From positions 84,005 to 108,004 of the forward strand of contig JAQZDA010000001.1 of NCBI GenBank assembly GCA_028751075.1: a stretch of DNA of 24,000 bases, written 5' to 3'. A program made the position numbers and the translations under genes. Below the pieces are notes generated by a model. The model was given only the letters and a program-made list of their open reading frames with translations, had not been told where the DNA came from and searched no databases. This document shows, piece after piece, positions 14,818-23,121 of this stretch. The first letter of the stretch is position 1; each line of letters opens with the position of its first letter. Source of the DNA: Euryarchaeota archaeon Ods02. GTDB taxonomy: Archaea > Halobacteriota > Halobacteria > Halobacteriales > Halorutilaceae.

Positions 14818-15915
14818 CTACCCTATCTTATCCAACGCCTCCCTCCGGTCTTCCACCGGAACCTGGTCGTACTTCATCGTTGTCTTAACACTTCTATGAC
14901 GGAGCTGTGCCTTCGTCGCAGCGAGGTCCCGCTCCTTCGTCATGTAGGTCCCTGTTGAGTGTCGGATGGTGTAGAAGCTCATCTGACGGTCGGAGTAATC
15001 TATGCCTGCCTTGTCACACACGCTACGTAGCAGTCTACTGAGTTCCTTCGAGCTGTAACGGTTACCATGCCGCGTCAACCAAAGCGCGTCTGTGTCATCG
15101 TATCGCGGGTTCTCGCTACGTTCTTCTATCCAGCGTTCTAACGCGGTCGCGGTCCGCTCGGTCACGCTCACCGCCCAATCACCCTCGTTCTTACTGGATT
15201 CCTCGCGTGGTATACGCAGGAGGCCGTTGTCTGGTTCCACCCAACGCGTGCTTGCCCGGCGTACCTCGACGGGACGTAAGGCTGCATCGAGGCTCGTCCA
15301 GAACAGGGAGGTGTACTTCCAGCTTGTGTCCTCGTCCACGACGTCCTCGTCGTCGAGTCCATAGCTCGGGTTCCCATCCATCTGCAGAGCTGCCTGACGT
15401 ATCTTCTGCCGTTCATCGTCAAGTAGGAAGTCCCGGGGACCGGTGTTCCCGCCTCCACTGTTGAAACTCCAGTCGAACTCCCAGCGTTCCTCGTCGTACC
15501 TGTACTCCAGCCACTTCGAATACCGGAGCAAAGCCTCCAGAATCTTGCCCTTCGTACTCTCAGTGACATCGCGGAACGCTACCTCGTCCATGTATGCTTC
15601 CGCGTGTTCGAAGTCCGGCTGGATTACGTAGCATCCCTCGCGTTCCCAAAGCCAGCGGTCGAAACGTGCGGTCCGGTTCGCCGTCGAGTACACGCTGTAA
15701 GGGCTGTATCCTTCGGCTTTCTCTGGGTTCTTCCCCATCCTTAGGAGGTAGGTGAGGAACCTCTCTCGGTAGTCATGATAGTCGATTTCTTCTTTCTCCC
15801 CCAGTAACTCCGCGTTAGAGTCTGGAACGATGGTTATCGAGCGATTCGGGTCTATCTCATCATCCGCTATCTCAGGGGGACAGCGTTCAGCGGTTTCCTT
15901 GTTTTCAGAGTTCAT
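14818..15915 (-). CDS. Tyrosine-type site-specific integrase/recombinase
   Basis: Catalytic-domain signature in order: ALRPVEVRR (Arg I), YTIRHSTGTYM (R-H box), LRHRSVKTTMKYDQV (His plus nucleophile Tyr). The N-terminus is SAM-like. The gene sits adjacent to the tRNA 3' end. Confidence 0.9.
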   Translation of the reverse strand: MNSENKETAERCPPEIADDEIDPNRSITIVPDSNAELLGEKEEIDYHDYRERFLTYLLRMGKNPEKAEGYSPYSVYSTANRTARFDRWLWEREGCYVIQPDFEHAEAYMDEVAFRDVTESTKGKILEALLRYSKWLEYRYDEERWEFDWSFNSGGGNTGPRDFLLDDERQKIRQAALQMDGNPSYGLDDEDVVDEDTSWKYTSLFWTSLDAALRPVEVRRASTRWVEPDNGLLRIPREESSKNEGDWAVSVTERTATALERWIEERSENPRYDDTDALWLTRHGNRYSSKELSRLLRSVCDKAGIDYSDRQMSFYTIRHSTGTYMTKERDLAATKAQLRHRSVKTTMKYDQVPVEDRREALDKIG

Positions 15916-15975
15916 ATCCTGTCATTCATCTCCTTGACAGGCCGGAAAACCACAGGAAGGCTCGCCGAAGGCGAG

Positions 15976-16060
<85 letters not shown>

Positions 16061-16118
16061 GCGTTTTTTCCTAATGCCACCGTGGACTTATGGGTTCCTA
16101 TTCTGACTCGTCTGGGGG

Positions 16119-16484
16119 TTATACTAACCCGAGGTTCGCGGGGTAGCTGTAGCTTTCGCGGTCGCTGGCTTTCACGGAAGCTATGACCACCAGTATGATG
16201 TTGGCGAGAAGTAAGAGGGGGACGAGCAGCAACCCTATCAGTATGATGATGGTGAACGCCGCGACTATGGTGTAGATGGTCATGCTTATCTGGAAGTTCA
16301 TGCTCTCACGCGCCTGCTCTTCGACCCAGTCGCTGTCCTCCTTCATGAAGAGCCAGATGGCGAACGGTCCGAGTATGTTGCCGAACGGGATTCCGACGAA
16401 CATCAGGAAGGCGCTGAGATGGGCTGCTACACCCCATTTGCGTTCGCGTTCCGTTACGTCGGCGTCGGCACCGTCCTCGGACAT
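16119..16484 (-). CDS. DUF4870-like small membrane protein
   Basis: Only the C-terminal 121 codons of the 415-aa track ORF look real. The sequence MSEDGADADVTERERKWGVAAHLSAFLMFVGIPFGNILGPFAIWLFMKEDSDWVEEQARESMNFQISMTIY... matches the DUF4870 pattern (E.kw..l.HLs........i..pli.wl.k...s.fv..ha.e.lNFqis). ATG at 16484. Confidence 0.7.
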   Translation of the reverse strand: MSEDGADADVTERERKWGVAAHLSAFLMFVGIPFGNILGPFAIWLFMKEDSDWVEEQARESMNFQISMTIYTIVAAFTIIILIGLLLVPLLLLANIILVVIASVKASDRESYSYPANLGLV

Positions 16485-16727
16485 ACATGGTTGTTGACCT
16501 GCGAGAGACTTAGGTCTTCCTTCGCTGGTGTCTCGACGGCAGCTCCGGAGGAGTCTCCTGGATATCCCTGTTGGGTTCCCGGTGGCGGTTCCCGCAAGGT
16601 CCCTGGGACATCCCGGCTGCGTTCTCGGTGGCAGTTCCGATGCGAGGCCTCGGCCCGGGTTCCGGTGTTGCAGGGACGACGCAGACTCGACCCAGTGGTA
16701 AAGTACACGGAAGACGTAGCCCACAGC

Positions 16728-16898
16728 ATGGACTGCACGTACTGCGGCAGCGACGTCGTCCACCACGACCCTGTCTACGTGATGGAGGATGTGAACTCCT
16801 GCGGTGGCGGCGGCAGCGACGCCTTCTGTAACTACAGCTGTCTGGTGTCGTGGATAGAAAGCGAGGGCAAGATAGAGGGCGACAGCTGCAGGATATAG
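16728..16898 (+). CDS. Small TRASH/YHS-like zinc-binding protein
   Basis: A 56-aa product starts at the internal ATG 16728 of the track ORF 16419-16898. MDCTYCGSDVVHHDPVYVMED...FCNYSCLVSWIE has a CxxC...CxxxC arrangement like the TRASH domain (C-x2-C-x(19-22)-C-x3-C), here with a poly-Gly insert. It is acidic with GC3-rich codons. Confidence 0.55.
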   Translation: MDCTYCGSDVVHHDPVYVMEDVNSCGGGGSDAFCNYSCLVSWIESEGKIEGDSCRI

Positions 16899-17015
16899 GT
16901 TCATGGTGATTCTCTGGCCCTGGATCGCTGGTCCTGGATGTCTGGCCCGCCGAGTAAACGTCTGACTCCGCGATGGGGTCGAAAGAGAGATGGAGCGGCC
17001 GCGTGAACTCCCCTT

Positions 17016-18051
17016 ATGAGCAAAGACCACCGGGGTGACACAGCTCCCTTCGCTGGCTCCGGCGGCGAGGTCTCTCTCGAGACCATCCCCCTGCATTCGA
17101 CGAACCTGCTCACGGTTCTCGACGAAGACGGAGTGATCCAGTACGAGAGCCCGTCGATAGAGCGTGTCTTCGGCTTCCGTCAGCGGGAGCTCGTCGGCGA
17201 ACAGGTGGCGGAGTTCTTCCACCCCGCATAACCGGAGGGAGGTCGTCGACGCGTACCGGTCCGTGGTCGAGGGAGAGCGAGGGGACGTGGAAGCCGTGGA
17301 GTACAGGCATAGATGCGCTGACGGCGGGTACTGCTGGGTGGAGTCCGTGGCGTCCTCGAACCCCACTCCCGAGGGGTTCTACGTCGTCAACACACGTGAT
17401 ATCTCGGTGCAGAAGGCCCGGGAGCGTGAGCTGAAGGAGTCGAACAGGAGCTTGGACGAGTTCGCTCACCTCGTCTCCCACGACCTCAGGAACCCGCTGC
17501 AGGTGCCTCGCGGCAGGCTGGAGCTCGCGCAGGAGGACTGCGACAGCGGGCACCTCGACGCCGTGGAATCGGCGCACGCGAGGATGCAGGCGTTGATAGA
17601 AGACGTTCTAGAGGCCGCCCGGGGAGACACCAATCCGGAGCTGGCGGCCGTGGACCTGCGTTCGATCGCTGAAGATGCTTGGAGGAACGTGGACACCGGT
17701 GACGCAGTGCTGAAGCCCCCGGACTCCGTGGAGGTCTACGCCGACGGCTCCCGTCTACAGCGGCTGCTGGAGAACCTGTACCGGAACTCCGTCGCACAGC
17801 GGGAGGACGTCACGGTATCGGTGGAGGTCCTCGACGACGGCTTCTACGTCGAGGACGACGGACCCGGCATACCGGAGGCGGAGCAGGAGAAGGTGTTCGA
17901 ACCAGGGTACTCGGACTCCGATGACGGCGGAGGATTCGGCCTCAAAATCGTCGAACAAGTGGTCAGCGCACACGACTGGGAGGTCGACGTCGACCGGGGA
18001 GACACCGGCGGCGCGCGGTTCGAGTTCTCGGCTGTAGAGTTCGTGGAGTAG
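17016..18051 (+). pseudogene. PAS-domain sensor histidine kinase interrupted by a +1 frameshift near 17222-17229
   Basis: ORF 17016-17231 encodes the first half of a PAS domain (LLTVLDEDGVIQYESPSIERVFGFRQRELVGEQVAEFFHPA*). ORF 17164-18051, one frame over, continues it (..HNRREVVDAYRSVVEGERGDVEAVEYRHRCADGGYCWVE..VVNTRDIS). Then come the H-box HLVSHDLRNPL, the N-box LLENLYRNSV, G1 EDDGPGIP and G2 GGGFGLKIV. Removing one nucleotide in CCCCGCA (17222-17228) restores FFHP(D/H)NRREVV. Confidence 0.7.
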
Positions 18052-18079
18052 GGGTTCCGTCACCTCCGGCAGAGTAGAG

Positions 18080-18119
18080 GTTCAGTCAGCGAGGAGTTCA
18101 GTGGCGAGGGGGGTTCAGT
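18080..18119. repeat. Three direct copies of GTTCAGT (GCGAGG-N-GTTCAGT units) in the convergent intergenic gap
   Basis: GTTCAGT occurs at 18080-18086, 18096-18102 and 18113-18119, spaced 16 and 17 bp. GCGAGG precedes the second and third copies. The third copy overlaps the purF stop codon. Confidence 0.6.
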
Positions 18120-19524
18120 CTGCGCCTGCTTCCCCGCGTTCGCCTTCGCGTGCGTAGCTCTCGCCGTCGACGTCGACGGGGTAGCTGTCGGTGACGCAGC
18201 CGGTGCACATGTGGTCGACGGGCATGTCGAGGCCGTCGCTGATGTCTTCGACCGAGAGGTACTCTAAGCTGTCGGCGCCTATCACGTCCTCTATATCGTC
18301 GACCGAGCGGTCGCTGGCCATGAGCTCGTCCCGCGTCGGCATGTCGATGCCGAGGTAGCACGGCGACACGATGGGTGGTGACCCGATCCGCATATGCACC
18401 TCTTCGGCGCCGTTCTCCTTCAGCAGCTGGATGAGCTGCGTCGAAGTGGTGCCGCGGACTATCGAGTCGTCGATCAAGGTCACGCTCTTGCCTTCGATGT
18501 TGGACTTCACGGTGTTGAGCTTGAGGCGGACCGCGGTCTCCCGTGCTTCCTGCGTCGGCATGATGAAAGTGCGTCCGACGTACCTGTTCTTCATCAGGCC
18601 TTCCGCGTACTCGACGTCGTCGGCGGCTTCCGCGTAACCCGTGGCGAACGCGCGGCCGCTGTCCGGCACCGGCGACACGATGTCGGTGTCTACGCCGTGA
18701 CGCTGGTACAGCAGGCGGCCGAGCTCCCTCCGGACGTCGTAGACGAGCCGGCCGTCGATCTCGCTGTCGGGTCGGCTGAAGTAGACGTACTCGAAGAAAC
18801 AGTGGGCGGGACGTTCGTCGAACAGCCGGTGGCTCTCGAACCCCTCGCCGTCTTCGTCCAAGACGACGACCTCGCCGGGTTCGACGTCCCGCACGAGCTC
18901 GCCGCCCAGGACGTCTATGGCTACGCTCTCGCTGGCGATGACGTAGCCGTCGTCGAGCTCGCCGATGCAGAGCGGCCGGATGCCGAGGGGGTCGCGTACT
19001 CCGACGACCTTGTCGTCGTGCATCAGGGTGACGCTGTAGGCGCCGCGGACGCGGGTCATCGTGCGCTCTATCGACTGGATCAAGGGGTAGTCGAGGAGAT
19101 TCGCGACGAGCTCGTGCACCATGACCTCGGTGTCGCTATCGGTGGAGAACGTGTGGCCTTCGTCCTCGTACTCCCGCCGTATCTCGTCGGTGTTCACGAG
19201 GGTTCCGTTGTGGCCGAGCGCGATAGAGCCGCGCTTCGAGTTCACGGTGTAGGGGTGGCAGCTGAGCTCTGTTATGTCGCCGCTGGTGGGGTACCGGAGG
19301 TGGCCGATGGCGCTGTCGCCGGCGAGCAAGTCCACGTCGTCTTCGCTGAAGACCTCGCTGACGAGGCCGAGTCCCTTGTGTTCGTGCTGCTGGAAGCCGT
19401 CGTGCGAGACGATGCCCGCGCCCTCCTGTCCGCGGTGCTGGAGGGCGTAGAGTGCGTAGTAGGTGGGTAGCGCGGCGTCTCCGTCCTCGAGCTGGACGCC
19501 GACGACGCCGCATCGGTCCTTCAT
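18115..19524 (-). CDS. purF: Amidophosphoribosyltransferase (glutamine PRPP amidotransferase)
   Basis: N-terminal nucleophile context MKDRCGVVGV, LQHRGQEGAGI, and the PRTase motif VTLIDDSIVRGTTS. The 469-aa length is typical. Confidence 0.93.
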   Translation of the reverse strand: MKDRCGVVGVQLEDGDAALPTYYALYALQHRGQEGAGIVSHDGFQQHEHKGLGLVSEVFSEDDVDLLAGDSAIGHLRYPTSGDITELSCHPYTVNSKRGSIALGHNGTLVNTDEIRREYEDEGHTFSTDSDTEVMVHELVANLLDYPLIQSIERTMTRVRGAYSVTLMHDDKVVGVRDPLGIRPLCIGELDDGYVIASESVAIDVLGGELVRDVEPGEVVVLDEDGEGFESHRLFDERPAHCFFEYVYFSRPDSEIDGRLVYDVRRELGRLLYQRHGVDTDIVSPVPDSGRAFATGYAEAADDVEYAEGLMKNRYVGRTFIMPTQEARETAVRLKLNTVKSNIEGKSVTLIDDSIVRGTTSTQLIQLLKENGAEEVHMRIGSPPIVSPCYLGIDMPTRDELMASDRSVDDIEDVIGADSLEYLSVEDISDGLDMPVDHMCTGCVTDSYPVDVDGESYAREGERGEAGAD

Positions 19525-19569
19525 CTTTTCCGAGGGTGTCTCTCCCGGGATGTTTAGCTCTCTATCTAT

Positions 19570-19743
19570 TCAGCTGTCGCCGGCCTTGCTCTGCCAGCTG
19601 TAGCTGCGTTGCTTCGAGCTCTCGCCGAAGCCGCACTGCGAGCATCGTTTCTTGTTGACGTGGTAGCTGGTCTCGCCGCAGCGACGGCATTTCACGTGTT
19701 TCTTCTTGTTCTTCTTGCCCTGACTGGGGGTTCCCTTCGTCAT
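19570..19743 (-). CDS. rpl37e: 50S ribosomal protein L37e
   Basis: Not in the ORF track (57 aa). My translation of the minus strand is [57 protein letters not shown]. It has the GTPSQGKKN start, a CxxC...CxxC zinc ribbon and the W-QSKAG ending characteristic of haloarchaeal L37e. ATG at 19743, TGA at 19570-19572. Confidence 0.85.
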   Translation of the reverse strand: MTKGTPSQGKKNKKKHVKCRRCGETSYHVNKKRCSQCGFGESSKQRSYSWQSKAGDS

Positions 19744-19866
19744 CTATTCTCAGTTGTACTGGAGGGCTGGCAGTGTATAACGGTTTTGTTAACAGGAGAT
19801 GGATGCCCTCTCCATCAGCGGCGGGTACACGCAGGTTTTATCCTGCATCACCGCGACTTCACCGCT

Positions 19867-20340
19867 ATGGAGATAACGAGCCGCCACCACCTGAGAGAGG
19901 ACGAAGCCGACGAGATACGCGACCGTCTCAGGGAGAATCTCGGGGTGGAGCTAGAGGGCACTATAGAGGAGATAGAGGTGGACGACGACTACGACATCCT
20001 CCTCGTCGACGGCCGCCCGCTCCTCGCGAGGTTCGACGACGAAGCCTTCGTCACCGTCCAGGGTGCGCTCGAGCTAGAGCCGGACCGAGGCCGCGTCATC
20101 GTCGACGCCGGCGCGGTGGAGTTCGTCACCAACGGCGCCGACGTGATGCGGCCCGGTATCACCGAGGTCGACGTCGACGTCAGGGAAGGCGATCTCGTCG
20201 TCGTGGTGGAGGAGAACCACGGGAAGGCGCTCGCGGTCGGCCGCGCCCTCGTCGACGCCGACGACATGGAGGGAGACGAAGGACGCGTCGTCGAGAGCCT
20301 GCATCACGTCAATGACGAGCTGTGGGAGTTCGACGGATAA
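19867..20340 (+). CDS. PUA-domain RNA-binding protein (archaeal Tma20/MCT-1-like)
   Basis: Internal ATG at 19867 of track ORF 19609-20340; the upstream part overlaps rpl37e on the opposite strand. The sequence IVDAGAVEFVTNGADVMRPGITEVD...GDLVVVVEENHGKALAVGRAL has the typical PUA pattern. Confidence 0.75.
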   Translation: MEITSRHHLREDEADEIRDRLRENLGVELEGTIEEIEVDDDYDILLVDGRPLLARFDDEAFVTVQGALELEPDRGRVIVDAGAVEFVTNGADVMRPGITEVDVDVREGDLVVVVEENHGKALAVGRALVDADDMEGDEGRVVESLHHVNDELWEFDG

Positions 20341-20440
20341 CCTACCCCCCCCCCTTCACCCGACAGACGCAAGACACCGGTCAGTGACTATGACCTCTGT
20401 CTGACGAAGAGTTAAGAACGAAGCCTCTCTCCCTTCGTAC

Positions 20441-20803
20441 ATGAGCCTGGTGAACAAGATACTCGGCGGCGAAAGACAGCACAGCATCAACGAGTACGAG
20501 GAGATAGATCTCCGGCAGTACGAGGACGAGGTCGTACCGCGTGAGGTGAACAAGCAGGTGCATATCGCGGAGCTCACGGGTCAGGAAGGCGTGATGGACG
20601 TCAAGGACCTCATCTACGACGGCGACATAGTCGTCGCGGACGTCACGGCGTTCAAGGACAACGAACGGAAGCTCCAGAGCGTGATGGAGGAGTTCCGGAT
20701 GGTGACGGAGGAGGTCGACGGCGACATAGTGCAGAAAGGCGACGACCAGCTCCTCATCACACCCCGCGGCGTCGGCATCAGCCGAGAGAAGATAACGCGG
20801 TAG
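20441..20803 (+). CDS. sepF: Cell division protein SepF (archaeal, DUF552)
   Basis: A 120-aa protein: N-terminal membrane-targeting-like MSLVNKILGG, then VHIAELTGQEGVMDVKDLIYDGDIVVADVT...VDGDIVQKGDDQLLITPRGVGISREKI. This matches the archaeal SepF layout. Confidence 0.75.
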   Translation: MSLVNKILGGERQHSINEYEEIDLRQYEDEVVPREVNKQVHIAELTGQEGVMDVKDLIYDGDIVVADVTAFKDNERKLQSVMEEFRMVTEEVDGDIVQKGDDQLLITPRGVGISREKITR

Positions 20804-20915
20804 AACACCTGAAGTTCCTCTCTACCTCGCTGTCTCTCGACAGCTCCTGCTCCCTTGTCACGCTGGAGGCGGGTGGTTTATGGTACGCGGCTTCCACTGT
20901 ACCGGTGAGGACACG

Positions 20916-21449
20916 ATGCAATGCGAGATGTGCGGTAAACAGACGGAGAGCCTGAAGGTCGCGCTCATAGAAGGCAGCGAACTCGACGTCTGCGGCGACT
21001 GCCAGAGCTTCGGAGAGGTCCTGCACGAGGAGTCCGACGATACCGATGACAGCGGGTCAGCGACAGCGGCAGGGGGAAGCTCCGGCGGCACTTCATCGAC
21101 GGGCGGCCGTTCCCCGTCACCGTCCTCTGGCGGCGGTGGAGGCGGTGGAGGTCGCCGCGACCCACTGGAGAAGATGGGGGCCCTCGCCAGCGACTACCCC
21201 GAACGGGTGCGTCAGGCTCGCGAGAGCATGGACCTTACCCAGGAGGAGCTAGCCGACCGGCTGAACGAGAAACAGAGCCTCATCAGGAAGATAGAGAGGG
21301 GCGACATGCGACCCGACGAGGAGGTAAGGGGTAAGCTCGAAAGCACGCTCGAGATCTCGCTCACCGAGGACGTCTCAGCCGACGACTGGGAAGGCAGCGG
21401 AAGCGGTGAAGGCTACACCCTAGGAGACATAGTGGAACGGAAGGACTGA
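20916..21449 (+). CDS. mbf1: Archaeal multiprotein-bridging factor 1 (zinc ribbon plus XRE-type HTH)
   Basis: MQCEMCGKQ...VCGDCQSFG zinc ribbon; C-terminal HTH MDLTQEELADRLNEKQSLIRKIERGDMRP. Start placed at ATG 20916. A long Gly/Ser-rich linker separates the two domains. The stop is 3 nt before tpiA. Confidence 0.8.
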   Translation: MQCEMCGKQTESLKVALIEGSELDVCGDCQSFGEVLHEESDDTDDSGSATAAGGSSGGTSSTGGRSPSPSSGGGGGGGGRRDPLEKMGALASDYPERVRQARESMDLTQEELADRLNEKQSLIRKIERGDMRPDEEVRGKLESTLEISLTEDVSADDWEGSGSGEGYTLGDIVERKD

Positions 21450-21452
21450 CGG

Positions 21453-22097
21453 ATGTTCCTGTTAGTCAACCTGAAGACCTACGAATCAGGCACAGGAGCC
21501 GACGCCATCGAGGTCGCGGAGGCCGCGGCCCGCGTCAGCGAGGAGACCGGTGCACGTATAGCGGTCGCGCCTCAAGCCGTCGACCTCCGCGACGTGGCCA
21601 AGAGATGCGAGGCGTTCGGTCAACACGTCGACTCCGTGGAGTACGGCAGCAACACCGGTGCGTCCCTCGCGGAGGCGGCGGCGCACGCCGGCGCAGGCGG
21701 CACCCTCGTCAACCACTCCGAACGCCGCGTCCGACTTCATGACCTCGCGGGCGCAGTAGACGCCGCCCACCGCGCCGGACTAGAAGCCCTGGTCTGCGCG
21801 AACAACGCCGAGCAGTGCGCGGCCGCGGCGGCGCTGGAACCCGACTACGTCGCCGTCGAGCCACCGGAGCTCATCGGCACCGGAACCCCGGTTTCTCAGG
21901 CGGACCCCGACATCGTACGTGACACCGTGGAGCGTGTTGGAGACGTCGCCGAGGTCCCCGTGCTCTGCGGCGCCGGCATCTCCAGCGGCGACGACGTCGA
22001 CGCCGCAGCAGACCTAGGGGCGGAGGGTGTGTTGGTCGCCAGCGGCGTCGTGAAGGCCGACGACCCCGAGGAAGCTATGCGCGACCTCGTAACCTGA
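21453..22097 (+). CDS. tpiA: Triosephosphate isomerase (archaeal type)
   Basis: [14 protein letters not shown]-terminus, catalytic-region VNHSERR, and [11 protein letters not shown]. The 214-aa length is typical of the short archaeal TIM. Confidence 0.88.
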   Translation: MFLLVNLKTYESGTGADAIEVAEAAARVSEETGARIAVAPQAVDLRDVAKRCEAFGQHVDSVEYGSNTGASLAEAAAHAGAGGTLVNHSERRVRLHDLAGAVDAAHRAGLEALVCANNAEQCAAAAALEPDYVAVEPPELIGTGTPVSQADPDIVRDTVERVGDVAEVPVLCGAGISSGDDVDAAADLGAEGVLVASGVVKADDPEEAMRDLVT

Positions 22098-22181
22098 ACC
22101 CAGGTCGGACGACGCCCCCCCCTCCCCCCTCCGCGGTCCTCCGACGGTAGTTTTTACTGACGCCGTCGCCTTCTACGGCTG

Positions 22182-23075
22182 ATGGACATACTGTCGACGA
22201 AGGAGATGACCAGGAAGGAGATGCTGGAGGTGCTCGACCACGCTCGTAGCGTCGAGCAGGGCACCTCGCTCTCCGGAGAGGTCCTCGGCCTGCTGTTCTT
22301 CGAGCCGTCGACGCGGACTAAGATGAGCTTCACCAGCGCGATGAAACGACTCGGGGGGGACGTCGTAGACATGGGAAGCGTGGAGTCCTCCAGCGTCAAG
22401 AAAGGTGAGACGCTCGCCGACACCGTCCGCGTCGTCGAAGGCTACGCCGACGCCCTCGTTATCCGGCATCCCCGGGAGGGGTCGGCGCGTCTGGCGTCGG
22501 AGTTCGTCGACGCACCCGTGATAAACGCCGGAGATGGAGCGGGTCAGCATCCCACGCAGACCTTGCTCGACCTGTACACCATGCGGGAGGAGGTGGACGA
22601 AGACCTCGGCAGCCTGCACGTCGGCGTCATGGGTGACCTGAAGTACGGACGCACCGTGCATTCGCTGTCGCTGGCGCTGGCGAAGTTCGACACCAGGCTT
22701 TCGTTCGTGTCGCCGTCGGAGCTACGGCTGCCGGAGAACGTCCGCCGTGAGCTAGAGGGTTCCGGAGTGGAGTTCCGGGAGGTCGAGGACGTCGAAGGAG
22801 TCGTCGACGACCTCGACGTGCTGTACGTCACACGTATCCAGAAGGAGCGTTTCCCCGAGGAGAGGGAGTACGAACGCATAGCCCACAGCTACCGCGTCTC
22901 CAGCGACAGCTTGGAAGACGCCGGCGACGTCAGGGTGATGCACCCTCTGCCCCGCGTCGACGAGATAGACCCCGACCTCGACGACACGGAGCACGCGCTG
23001 TACTTCCGGCAGGCGCACAACGGCGTACCGGTGCGTATGGCTATACTCGACATGGTCTTGGGTGGTAGCGGATGA
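22182..23075 (+). CDS. pyrB: Aspartate carbamoyltransferase catalytic subunit
   Basis: Signatures [21 protein letters not shown] and [10 protein letters not shown]. Confidence 0.95.
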   Translation: MDILSTKEMTRKEMLEVLDHARSVEQGTSLSGEVLGLLFFEPSTRTKMSFTSAMKRLGGDVVDMGSVESSSVKKGETLADTVRVVEGYADALVIRHPREGSARLASEFVDAPVINAGDGAGQHPTQTLLDLYTMREEVDEDLGSLHVGVMGDLKYGRTVHSLSLALAKFDTRLSFVSPSELRLPENVRRELEGSGVEFREVEDVEGVVDDLDVLYVTRIQKERFPEEREYERIAHSYRVSSDSLEDAGDVRVMHPLPRVDEIDPDLDDTEHALYFRQAHNGVPVRMAILDMVLGGSG

Positions 23076-23121
23076 CCGACTTCAGCGCTGGAGCTCCAGC
23101 CGATGGAGGAGGTGTGGTCTG

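Larger units (their letters stand above)
1..15975. mobile_element. Integrated genetic element / genomic island (right-hand portion only; left end outside window) inserted at tRNA-Leu
   Basis: The tyrosine integrase gene starts 60 nt from the 3' end of an intact tRNA. The region holds a replication-type gene (AEP primase-like) and defence cargo. Composition switches sharply at the tRNA (spot counts 29/60 G+C at 8581-8640 versus 40/60 at 18181-18240). Island proteins are visibly lysine-richer than the flanking core proteins. Confidence 0.7.

Noticed and set aside
16485-17366. N-terminal 294 codons of the 415-aa minus-strand ORF 16119-17366
   Set aside because: The extension is Pro/Arg/Ser-rich and basic, unlike the acidic proteome. 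It overlaps the TRASH gene and the PAS-kinase 5' end on the other strand. Only the last 121 codons (from ATG 16484) match a known membrane-protein pattern.
18394-19470. 358-aa plus-strand ORF (and 18371-18637, 19136-19513, 18098-18361) overlapping purF
   Set aside because: These are mirror or alternate-frame ORFs typical of high-GC DNA. Their products are Ala/Val/Arg-rich with no motif, while the opposite strand encodes an unmistakable PurF.
19773-20315. 180-aa Arg-rich ORF and the 19609-19866 extension of the PUA ORF
   Set aside because: The first is an alternate frame of the PUA gene that gives poly-Arg/Gly sequence. The 5' extension overlaps rpl37e on the opposite strand. Both are GC-driven artefacts.
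20880-20915. Upstream ATG start for mbf1 (MVRGFHCTGEDT...) and the 23062 start for pyrI
   Set aside because: Both extensions add atypical basic or hydrophobic peptides. The internal ATGs (20916, 23122) begin exactly at the conserved family N-termini (MQCEMCG; MEELRIRPI).
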